Origin: a virus
Virus record (IMG/VR): IMGVR_UViG_3300032242_000550
Span: 1 to 64,000 of that record
Direction: 5' to 3' (one strand)
Length of the DNA stretch: 64,000 nt
Position 1 is the stretch's first letter. Each line of letters opens with the position of its first letter. Of this stretch, positions 46,942 through 58,900 are shown in pieces. The notes beneath the pieces were generated by a model that was not told where the DNA came from, did not search any database, and saw only the letters and a program-made list of their open reading frames with translations. Made by a program: the position numbers and the translations under genes.

Positions 46942-46989
46942 TAAACACTCCTAAAAGTATTTAGACGGATACTATGTTGTTGAGAAAAA

Positions 46990-47940
46990 TTAACTACCTG
47001 ATACTGTACCACTAACAGTTGGTGTGCCCCAGCTGTTATTGATGTATGTAGTTTCGGGAGGACGTATCGTTACAGTAGTAGCAGAACCAGTTGATACTGT
47101 TAATCCGTTTGGAATTTCATCCCAAACAGTAGAAATTGTAATTACAGAACCAGTATCACCATTTGAACCTTGTGTTCCATTTGTTCTAACAAACATATTA
47201 ATATTAGTTGACAAGTAACCAGAAGGACCTGTACTAGCTGTTTGATAGAAAACATTTGCGTTACTTGTAGTCCAAGCAAAGTAACCGCTATTAGTACCTA
47301 TAGTAGGACTATTACCACCGCCACCAACTTTAGTAACACCGTTGTAGCTTGTTCCAGCTATAGATGCTGTACCACTAGTAGGTGAGCTTAATACAACTGT
47401 ACCAACATTACTTGCTAAGTTATTTAATAATAAGTCAATACCTGAACCAGCTGGGTGTGAACATGTAATTGCTAGTTGACCGCCTGCATTGAAGAAATAA
47501 CGTGCGGCATCACCACTACTAAAAGTAACAGTATGTGTAAAGGTAATAGCATTAAACCAAGTGCTACCATATGTAGCTGTATTTGCAGTTGTTCCACCTT
47601 GTGATACCGCGTTTAGTCTGTTATTATATATTGTTGTTAGATTTGTAACAACGTTAGCATTATATGTAATTACTCCGCCTGTAACAGGAGCAGATACGCT
47701 AGTAATACTTGAACTTTGATGACTGGCTGAGTTTGCTGTTTTATTTACAAGGCTAGCCCATTCAGTAGCGCCAATTGTAGCACCTACGGAAACAGTACCT
47801 ACTGCAGATTGACCATAGCCAGCTGATGTGCCACCAGTAGCCCAAACCGTGTTAAGTGTACCTGAACTAGTGTTTGGATTTGTTCCAACAAGTCCATTAT
47901 AATCGGATGCGTTTATTACTTGATATTGTGCGTAACTCAT
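46990..47940 (-). CDS. Virion structural protein (tail-associated)
   Basis: 316 aa S/T/G-rich; GYGQ and ARYFFNAGG motifs; downstream of baseplate genes. Confidence 0.7.
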   Translation of the reverse strand: MSYAQYQVINASDYNGLVGTNPNTSSGTLNTVWATGGTSAGYGQSAVGTVSVGATIGATEWASLVNKTANSASHQSSSITSVSAPVTGGVITYNANVVTNLTTIYNNRLNAVSQGGTTANTATYGSTWFNAITFTHTVTFSSGDAARYFFNAGGQLAITCSHPAGSGIDLLLNNLASNVGTVVLSSPTSGTASIAGTSYNGVTKVGGGGNSPTIGTNSGYFAWTTSNANVFYQTASTGPSGYLSTNINMFVRTNGTQGSNGDTGSVITISTVWDEIPNGLTVSTGSATTVTIRPPETTYINNSWGTPTVSGTVSGS

Positions 47941-47943
47941 TTT

Positions 47944-49143
47944 TTATCCTTTAATTGAAACAAATGCTTCTACTGTTCCAACATTCTCTGTAGTTTTATT
48001 TGATAAAGCACGACCAATAGTATTAAATGATGTTGCCTCTCCAGGTCCTGCAGCACGTGCAATACCGTTACCTGCACTTACTAGTCGTTGTCCTTTACGA
48101 ACTTTACCTGTTACTTTAACTTGTACTCGCCCACCAACAGCGATTGGAGGATGAGTTTTATCATCTCCTGCACGTGCGTTCATTAAATAAGCCGCAGTAT
48201 TTGATACTACACCAAATACATCTTCACTTAATTCTTGTACTACCGCAGTAATTTCAGCATCACCACCTATTTCAACTACTGTACCTGCATCGTATTCCAT
48301 ATCTGCTTCAAAACGTTCTGCTAAGTCAGCATATGTTGCATTTAATCTTGCACCACTATCTAATGTCCAAGTGCCAGAAATATTTCCGCCACCAGCAATC
48401 GTTGCTGTTGTAATTTTTGTAGGAGCAATGTTTCCAGTAAATTGCCCAATGCCAGTACCAGTTAGATAATTATAAACATTACTATTAGTATATGTACCAG
48501 TTGGATTGAATGGTGAACCGTTAGCATAATAATAATTGTCTGTCTTTACACCTGTACTAAAAACAGCGTTACCATTTGCTACAACAAGACTATTTCCACT
48601 TAAACCACCTGTCAATGTCCATGTACCGTTTAAATTGCCTGGAGTAACGTTAGCACCAGTAGTGATATTTGCAGTGATAATAGAAGTAATGTTAGCTGTT
48701 GTTACATTTGCAGTACCAATGCTAGCGTTTGCAGTAACTGTTAATAGTCTAGTTGAAATTGAGTCTGCAATTGAGTTATTAGTAGCAGTAATGTTATTCG
48801 CTAATAGATTTCCTGTTAATGTAACATTACCAAAAGTTGTTGATCCAGATCCACCTGCGGCTGCTAATGTGATCCAAGAACTTGCTGTAGTAGTTCCGTC
48901 AGCTGGGCATACACATAGTGTACTAGAACTTATATTATACCATAATTGACCACGTAATGGATTAGCTGGTGGAACAGAATTTGCATAATTCTCTAGTTGA
49001 TGAACAAAGTTAGTATCAAGCGATTGACCATATCCGGCATAATTCCTGCCCGGTAAGCCCAGTGATGTACTTGTTGTGTTGATAGTACCGTCAGCAATGG
49101 TTGTTAGTACTGTTCCATCACTCTTTACAATCGTATATGCCAT
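47944..49143 (-). CDS. Tail fibre / baseplate protein with a C-terminal intramolecular-chaperone-like domain
   Basis: GRNYAGYG...NFVHQLENYA...P.NPLRGQLWY; C-terminal YADLAERF...GTVV...GVVS...GRVQVKV.GKVRKG.RLVS. Confidence 0.75.
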   Translation of the reverse strand: MAYTIVKSDGTVLTTIADGTINTTSTSLGLPGRNYAGYGQSLDTNFVHQLENYANSVPPANPLRGQLWYNISSSTLCVCPADGTTTASSWITLAAAGGSGSTTFGNVTLTGNLLANNITATNNSIADSISTRLLTVTANASIGTANVTTANITSIITANITTGANVTPGNLNGTWTLTGGLSGNSLVVANGNAVFSTGVKTDNYYYANGSPFNPTGTYTNSNVYNYLTGTGIGQFTGNIAPTKITTATIAGGGNISGTWTLDSGARLNATYADLAERFEADMEYDAGTVVEIGGDAEITAVVQELSEDVFGVVSNTAAYLMNARAGDDKTHPPIAVGGRVQVKVTGKVRKGQRLVSAGNGIARAAGPGEATSFNTIGRALSNKTTENVGTVEAFVSIKG

Positions 49144-49174
49144 GTTAAATTACCCCAATATTCTCTTATTTATC

Positions 49175-49795
49175 TTAAATTGTCACTAAATTAGTCAAAC
49201 TTTGTATTCTAACAGTATAATCTATCTGGATCTGTCTGTTTAAACTCTTTTGAACTGGGTGAAAAATCACGTGAGTCAATAGTCTAGTAAGCACATTTCC
49301 ATTACTATCCGTTCCGTAATTTGCTAATAAACCCAATTCGTCAAAAATATATGCTGAATTAGTTTGTGTACTGTTATCAAATGCAGCCTGTCCTGATGGC
49401 TCACCGTAATCCAATAAGCATTGAACTAATATATCAGTATAAACCTTACCTGTAGTATGACTAACTGTCATTTTATTACGTGTAGGATCTAAGTTAAAAA
49501 CACTAGTATCATCAACGATTTTAGCGTATGTTTGATTGTATAATGCCGCATTCTGACCTGTAGTATTTGGGGGTAGATATGTGATTACACCTGTTTCATC
49601 TACGCTTGCACCACCGTTCCCAAATGCCATTTGATAGATTTCTCCATAACCACGACTGCTTAATGTGTCAGCAATGGCTTCACTCATGTTTTCGTAATTG
49701 ATAGCATTATGCTTATCAACTAAAACTTCTCCGCTATTAGGGTCATAAATCTTTAAAAACCCTTCTACTTTATATGATAGTGTTATTACTGACAT
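49175..49795 (-). CDS. Virion structural protein (baseplate-associated)
   Basis: 206 aa; MAFGNGG, LDYGEP, FDELGL, THVIFHPVQKS. Confidence 0.7.
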   Translation of the reverse strand: MSVITLSYKVEGFLKIYDPNSGEVLVDKHNAINYENMSEAIADTLSSRGYGEIYQMAFGNGGASVDETGVITYLPPNTTGQNAALYNQTYAKIVDDTSVFNLDPTRNKMTVSHTTGKVYTDILVQCLLDYGEPSGQAAFDNSTQTNSAYIFDELGLLANYGTDSNGNVLTRLLTHVIFHPVQKSLNRQIQIDYTVRIQSLTNLVTI

Positions 49796-49947
49796 TAATT
49801 ATCGCCTCGTGTTTGAACCAAAACTTCTTTTGTGTTTGGATCAGTTATTTTTAAAAAAGATGAAAAATAAAAGCCACCATGCTCATTTGGTTTAGGACCA
49901 TATTCCTGTACAGGTTTAGCTTTATTTTCGTCTATATTATCACTCAT
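49795..49947 (-). CDS. 50-aa protein similar to the N-terminus of the downstream gene (not in the ORF track)
   Basis: MSDNIDENKAKPVQEYGPKPNEHGGFYFSSFLKITDPNTKEVLVQTRGDN; TAATG coupling to the next gene; late box at 49953-49960. Confidence 0.75.
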   Translation of the reverse strand: MSDNIDENKAKPVQEYGPKPNEHGGFYFSSFLKITDPNTKEVLVQTRGDN

Positions 49948-49962
49948 ATATTTATTTATCAT

Positions 49963-52900
49963 TTAAGATACATCCGTATTTAAGAAATATGCTGCCATTG
50001 TTTCGCTAATTTGCAACGGATCGCCCTCTACTACATTGTAAACATTACTATTCCAAGTTACATTATACTCAGGTTCTGGTAATAAATTAGTAGATAATAT
50101 TCCGTATACTTCGGTATACAACGGAATATATGTTTGTTCTCCGGTACCATTTGCACCACGCTGTAATCCTGTAATAGTATTATTATCTAAATCTACTGTT
50201 GTAAATCTAATTTGCTCACCGTTAATATATAACAAGTTACCCATAATCGTAGTTATAACTAGTTGATCTCCTGTGCTTACCTGACTGGTTATTTCTAATA
50301 CCGGAGCTAAATCAATGACTACCACAGAATAATGACTAGAACTTACATAACTACTTGTGGTTGTATTATATACAATTACTTGAGAAATAGTGTTCTTATC
50401 AGCATTTAAACTTATACTTGTAACTCCACTAACTACTGCCGGTGCAATAACATTTTGTACTACAGTATCGGTAATTCTAGTTACATCTGCCACATATATT
50501 GTTTCATCTGTGTAATTTAATGGTTCAACTAACCAAGTAGTAGTGTTACTATTTGCTCTAAATACAGTACCAAAACCATTCTTGTTAACGTTTTGTATGT
50601 ATACCAATTCGTTAGGAGTTGCATTAGGTACCATACTAGTTATAGTAATTTTGTCACTAGATACAATTGGAACTAATATACTTAAATTATTATTGTTGTT
50701 CAAATACAATGATGCAGGAGGTACACGGTATCCGTTAACAGTGACCCATAATCTGTTAACATTGATTTGGTCCCAATAATTGTTAATTATGAATGATGTA
50801 TTCTGCCAGATATAACCACCTGAAACATATGTAGAAACATTTGTTATTGGTATATTAATCGCTGTCAAACTAGCTGAATATGCAATCTCATACAAATCAA
50901 CTTGGGTAGTATTAATTACATGTACATAATACGTATTGTTGTTTAATTGTACAGAACCAACTGTTCCGTTAATTCTTATTACATTATTTGTAGATAAATT
51001 ATGTGCTGTACTAGTTGTTACACGAACAGCAGGTTGTCCACCTACAGTAGTTACCATGTTGCCACTACTTGTTGATGTTATAGTATATACTGGACCACCT
51101 AATGTAGCACTAATAGTAAAATGTGTTGGATCTACTATAGAGTTAATATAATAAACTGTACCGTCAGTTAATATATTTGCAATACTAATTCCTTTAAATT
51201 GTACAGTCTGGTTAACAATAAAACCATTAGTAGAAGTACATGTTAATTGATTTGGTCGTACTCCGTCAGTGGATATTGTTGTATCCGTAACATACGTAGT
51301 AGCTAATGGTGTAGTAATTTGATTACTAATACCAGAAATACTTACAACAGATTTACCACTAAGATCATATTGAGTATTGAAATATTGACGATTGGTTAGG
51401 TTATAACTTGTTACAGCTATAACATCGTTTAAAGAAGCACCAGTAGTTAGTGTTAATACGTTGGTAGTATCATTGATAGAATACCCACTACTTAAACGTA
51501 TACCATTCTTCTCAACTATTGCATTTGTAGGATTATCACCACTTACATAGTTAGTTAAAATAAAGGTAGTTTGTCCTGCAGTTGCAACAAATTTCTCTGT
51601 TTCTGGTACTGTATATCCATATTGGATTCCAAAGGTCTCGCCAAATACAGTATATGTTAAATAGTCCACTGAGTCATCATATTGTGCCGCAAATACTAAT
51701 TTTGCGGTGATACCGTTATCAGTTATACCAAATGTATAATCATTAGTAACTGCAACTGCACCTCCAACATGTGTGGTTAGTGTTAATGTTGGACCACCTA
51801 ATGTAGATGAAATCGTAAAGTTAGTACCATCAACAATCGTTTTAACATAGTATGTAGTTAATGAACTTATTTGAGGGCAGAATATAGTGTCACTAAAGAC
51901 AATCGTATCATTTACTGCTACACCATTAGTAGTATTACATGTAATAGTATTAGTAGAACTAGAAGTACTTGTTATAGTAAGAGTATGTCCACTTACTAGT
52001 TTAGTACCGTTATGATATACTATAGGATCTGTCCACGGCGCTCCACTACCAATTTGAAGTTCTACAACCATTGATCCGGTATCTGTAGATAAAGCAAATG
52101 TAGGACCTGCTACACCATTTACATTGGTTGCTGAAATAGTAATTCTATTTGTTATAGTACTGATTGTTTTAACATAATAATGTGTATCTGCAACAATATT
52201 ACCAAACACACCACCTTGGAATACGATTTGGTCATTTAACGTAAAGTACTCAACATTTTCACATAAAATAGTATCAGTTACGCTATCTGTCTCTGTTGCA
52301 ATAACATTAATTGGTTGTGTACCTGGACGAATTAATCCGGATCCACTGTTTAGTGTTGCTGAATAGTTGCAATTTAAATATATTTCATTGAATCCAGTAG
52401 TATCATTAGTTCTGATAGGGTCTGCTTGTGAGTTAGATTTCTCTAATTGATAACCATTACCCACTTCATATACTTCTATCATTAAACTATTACCCATAGA
52501 TAACGGTGTAGCTAATGTAATTGTTTTTGTAATCCAATTTACACTAAAGCTAGGTGAATATAATCTTGTTGCTAATTGAGTTGCCCCATTAACATTATAT
52601 ACTGATAGTTGAGCCGGTGTCTGAATTAATCCATCAAAACTAAAGATCAATTGACCTGTAACAGGAGTAATTTGTTTTGTCATCACGTTGTACCCAACGT
52701 GTTGATATATATCAGCATCCCAGTTTGTGCCTGGTCGGGTATTAACAATCATGGTTAAGTTATCAGTAACTACACCTGGCACCAATTCTTCAGGGCCGTA
52801 ACCTGCAGTAAATTCGTCTCCAACAATATCATAAACTGTAGGTTCTGTGACAAATATATTGCTAGATGTCCACATGGTTCCGTTCGTACTCTTAAGTATA

Positions 52901-55900
52901 ACATTATTGTTACCAGTAGCTATAAATTCTCCTACTGTGTTATTCCATATTACACTATTTAAATCTTGTGTAGTACCAGATGTCACTGTGGTCAATACAT
53001 TACCGTTTAGTTTACCGATATATCCTGAACGACCTACTATTATAAAGAATCCAAGACTACTAGAATATACAATATCTATTAAGCTTTGTGACCCACTACT
53101 AATATTAGTCCAGTTACTACCGTTAATACTTGTTAATATTGTTCCATTATTTCCAATTACAACGATAAGACCATTACCGCTAGTTACACCGTGTAGTGTA
53201 GGTGTTAATGCAGAAGGGGTTACATTAGTCCACGTTATTCCATTCAAGCTTTGTAATATAACACTCTTAGATCCTGTAGGTATAACACTATAATCAGGGC
53301 CTGTTCCTACCGCTATAAATCCATTGTAATTAGTGATGGCTATACCAGATACACAGTATAGTGTTACAGCAGTAACATTATATCTTTCTACCCATGTAAA
53401 TGCATCACTACTTGAAACAATACTAGTTCCTACACCAACATATACACTATTTAAGTATGCAACACTATTCAAACTTGTGCTGCCGATAGATACTGATCCG
53501 GCTGTTAAACCAGTTGATGCCCAAACAACACCGTCAGTACTAACAAAGATAGGTGTTGCTGTGTTTTGTGAGCTTACAACATATTTTGAACCATTATATA
53601 ATATATCACTTAATGCAACAGGTTGCTCTGTTATCTTATTAGATAACCATGTACTACCAGTAGTACTAGTTGCTATATCTGAATATGTAGGTGTATTAGC
53701 TGATGTAAGGTATCTACTACCGTTCCAAGTCACAGAAGTAACATCCACCTCTGTTGGTGAGAATGGTCTATCTTCTAATATAGTGTCTAACGGAAATTCA
53801 TCAGCTGGAGCAAATGCATTACCCATATATGTACTGTTTGGATATGTTATACCATCTACTAGTTGTGTTAGGTCTAGCCCTGGCATATTTACAGTAGGAG
53901 CATAGTAGCCTACAATTCTATCTAATGCATTAAGGTTACTATTGTCGCTAGATATTTCTTCCCATTTACCAAATACAAACTGTGTATCATTGTTACTTAT
54001 AATACATTGATAAACTCTGTTGTTATACTTAACTATGCTTTGATTTAAACTGAATGGTTCTGGTAATACAATATAGTCACCGGCATTATATTCTAAACCA
54101 ATCCCACTTACTGGCATTTGTAATAATGGATCACTGTAAAGACCACATGTTGTTGCTGTAATTACTTTCAAGTAATATTTTTCTACTATTTCATTAGGAG
54201 TACCTGAACTAATAAATGAAGCAATCTGTCCATTAGTACCTATACCTGTAACTGTTATTACTAAATCATTAGCAGGAGTTGTTCCACCAATAAGAGTTCC
54301 TAAAATAGTTATAGTATTATTTACTGCATAACCTAAAGTAGAACCTATTAACAATGACTCATAACCACCTAATATAGTACGTACATTAACTGTAGGAGAT
54401 AATAATATCTCTTGTGTCAATACTATATCAGTAGACTCATCTGTTAATGTTTTAATACCACCGCCTAATGTATCTGATATAGTGATATACGGTTGACCAG
54501 TTACTGTTAAGTTTGATCCACTATCACCTGTCAAGTCTACTTCAGAACCTGAAGGAGTTAATGAAATCTTGAACTGTGTACTGGTAATTGAGCCGGGCAA
54601 TACATAATATGTAGTATCTAATACGATTCCACCAAAAGCTGCACCAGTAAACATAACTGCCATATTACCATAGAAACCATTAGTAGTTGTACAAGTTATT
54701 ACATTACTAGCACTTGTAGATGTTACTTGTGTTTGCACAGTGCCTAATCCTGCTACATAATATGTTGTGCCACCGATTAATGTACTATAATTTGTAGGTA
54801 CTGTGAATGGCATATTAACGTAAATATTACTTAATCCACCACTAACAGATGATATACTTAAATAGTTACCTGACGATGTAGCATTATCTATTGTACGTTC
54901 TATTAGATTACCGTTTGTTCCACTTAATCCTGTAACAAAATTTGTTGTAGGATAGAATGTAAATTGTTGACCATTAATCTGTCCGGGACTTAATGGTATT
55001 CCAGCATTACATATCATAGAACCAGTACCAGATGACAATTTTACAGTATTCTTTTGATTTGTACCAATCATTGTTACTGTGCTAGTTCCAGGATTAAATA
55101 CTGCACCATTGATTGTAGTAGATAATTGGAACTGAACTGCATTAGTAATTGTACTTACATAGTATGTTGTACCTGCTATAATATTAGTTGATCCACTAGT
55201 AACAGCTAAATTAGTAAATATGATTGGATCATTTACTGATAATCCCAATGTAGTTTCACAATTAACAAAATTACCAGATGATGTAGTTGATGTAACATTA
55301 ATCATTACTGGATCAGTTGACGTAGACATGGTAAATGTTGTATCATTGATTACAGTAGTTACATAATATGTTTCATTATCAATAACTCCACCAAACACAT
55401 TACCTGTAAAGAATATTGGTAATCCGTTATAGAACCCTGAGGTACCGCCTGATCCAGTAGCATTTAACGGAATAGTTATAGTATTAGTTGTACCTGTAGT
55501 AGTAGTTGCTGTTAGTATACCAGGATAGAAAAGTGTTACTATTGCTGTATCAGTAGTTTCACCTACATACATTAATAACCCTGCACTACTGATAGTTGCA
55601 TCACCTAATTGGAATGTTCCGCCACCAATTGTAGCAGATATAGTAATATCTGTCTCATTCAATATTGATTTAACATAGTAAGTTGTATTATTAACTAACA
55701 AACTACTGCCAACTGCACCTTGGAATTTAACTGGCATATTAACATAGAAACCAGTTGTAGGTCCAACGTAACCTGCATCAGGTGCACCGCCGGTTGATGG
55801 TGCAATCGTAATTACATCTGTAGATGCAACCGTTGATATTACATTTCTAGTACGTGATGACCATGTTAGTGTTTCATTGTTGGTAAGATTTTGAATTTCT

Positions 55901-58900
55901 AATGTTGCACCTTGACTACTAGCCAATATTGTATTAATTGAAGGCTGTGTAGAAGATAATATAATGCCAGAACTAGCTATGTTTTGTGCATTTGTATACG
56001 ATCCTGCATATGCACTACCATAGAATGCGCCACTTACCCAATCAGTTAGTGATGCATTATAAGATGTTCTATCAAATTTCAATGTTATTTGATTTTCTCT
56101 TGTTGGTACAGATGTTGTTACACAACTTGCTCTTGGAGTAACACTTAATGTGTTGTTACTACCAAAACCAGCATTGTAGAATACTACTCTATTTGTATCA
56201 TTGATTGCATCACCGTAACTAGTATACAATCCAATTGCAAATGTTGGAGTATTTTCTAGTACATTTACATAATAATATTGGTCAACCTCTAGTCCACCAA
56301 CTGGTGTAGTATCAGCACCAACAGTATATTTTATTAAATCCCCTGTTTGTAGTGAGGGAGCAGGTAATAAGATTATATCTGTTACAGTACTTACATCAGT
56401 TGATGCAAAGTTTACTGATATAGAAGGCTCTATAACAATCTTTGGTAGTACAGCATATCCCTCACCCGCATCAATTACATCTATACGTAATATTGAGTCT
56501 AGGTTCATCACAGCTTGCAATACTGCTTCACGTCTTGGTGCTGGATACATTGGATCAATATATGCAACTACTCTAGGTGCAGTAGCATATCCACGCCCAC
56601 CGTTTAATACTAATACAGCTGGTAGATCAATAGTGATTATTTCACCAGGTAAATGTGTTGATATAGTAGTTCCATCAACACCGCGAGTTAATCCACTTAG
56701 TGTACTAGTTGAACTATCTACAGAAGAATAACCAATTAACTCTTCTCCGATTAATATCGTACCATTAATTGGGAAGCCATATGCGTTATCAACTACTAAA
56801 ACATTACTGTTTAATGTAATATATGATACCGATACTGTAATTTTATAGTTTTTAACACCGGTAATAGACAAACCATAATTGTTAAACCACTGACTATATA
56901 ATTCAGTCTGCCATATTGGATCACTTGGTAAATATTGATTTATACCACTTGGATTAGCATATACTAACTCAGGAGTAATGAATTGTTGCACATCAGTATT
57001 ATATTGAGCCGGTAAATCAAAATCTGTGATTAGACCAGGATATACATCTGTACCTGTATATTTAAACAAGAAGTCTTTAATAACCACATGATATGGTTTA
57101 ACTTCATTAATATAGCCACTTAAGAAATCTTGGTTATCAGATTGAAATACTTCTAATGGTAATAATTCACGAATAGTATGTCCAACATCAACAAATGATG
57201 TTTTGTTTAACCATGGTAAATAGTTTTGTGCTTCAATGGTTTCACTTTGAATATATTCAAACAATAGAATCAAACTATTATTTCTATAGATCAATAATTC
57301 GTTAGTGTAAATTTCTTCATTCAATGCTCTAACAATATTACGTGTTTCACGTGATGGATATGTATCATATGGTGTAGTATCAAAGAAGTTATCACCAAAG
57401 CCTAATCTTGCACTTGAGTAATCCCATAAACTACTACTAAACTCAATTGTACCATTTTGTAAGCCAATACGTTCCCAAACATTTGTATTAGTATATACAT
57501 ATGTCTCAGATTTACCATCACCATTTGCGGCAACAGTAACAATCAATCCTGGAGTAGCATCTATTGTTGACAAATCTGCATACATAGGTACTTGTAATGC
57601 TGATTTAGTATTATTATCATACCCAGTCGCCCACCAATTAATATAATTCCAATAGTTAGTTGTATCATATATTAATGTTACTGGACCTAACCATTGTGGG
57701 TTATCAAGTGTAGATGGATTATATGCGCCATTATCATTATCAAATAAGAAATTAGAATGTCTAGTCTCTGCTATTGGATATTGTGCTAATACTTCATTAG
57801 CATAAGTCAAATAATTCTTTAATGCAAGGAATCTATTGACAAAGAAGCTTTGTCTTGGTCTTGCATATATACCATATTGTACTGGTTTAGGTAAGTATGG
57901 GTCAGGAACAACAGCTCCGGATTCATCTACACCACATAAACTATCCAACATTCTATCATATAATGATTCTGGTACATCTAATCCAGTAGTGCTAGGTAGT
58001 CCGGGTAAGAAATCATCTGCATACTTAGTACGTATTAAACTGTATAAACCATGTGATACATCATCATTTGTGCCGGTAGAGAAACCAATATGTAATACTG
58101 TATCGTTTGCATTAATGTTACTACCACAGTTATATAATGCAAATATATCTTGTTCTAACGGACTAAAGTAACTGATACCAGAATTTGTAGGTGACGCAAT
58201 ATAACTTTGAATGATATTATCAGATAGTGTTTTACCCTGCTTAGTAAAAATTATATTAGTATTTCTTACCCAATAGAAATATACCGGAGCTAATACACCT
58301 GTGGCATTTAATACATATTCTATTGCATATGAATCAATATTATATGGGGTGCCAGGACCAGGGTATGCTATTGGTAATACATTACTAGTTATCCAACTAT
58401 AAACAGTTATATCACTACCAGGGAATACTTGTCCCCACCATTTGCTATTATATACAATATCATTCTGATGATAATTTACAAATCTTGTAGTACTAGTATT
58501 GAACCAAATCTGACCAAGTTGTGCTGTTCCCCATACCATAGCACCTTTATTAACATTAGGACTATTATAACCAGCTGGATCAACATTTGATACTACATCA
58601 ATGTTCTGTCTAACTGAGCCTAATATCTTGCCTTGTAACGGATCAATATAATCTAAATTATCTAATGTGTTATTAGTACTAGCACTATATAATTGAATAT
58701 TTTGAATTCGGTTAATATCAACTACTGGACTTGAACTTCTATAAACACTCCAATCAGGTGTACCTGTAGTATTAATATAAGTTACTATCTGTCCAGCAAC
58801 TGTTGTTGGTTTAAAGTTTGGCGTACCAATAACAACATGTGACGCATTAAACTCTAATGCATGACCATATAACGGTTGACTACCATATGTTTCATTAATA

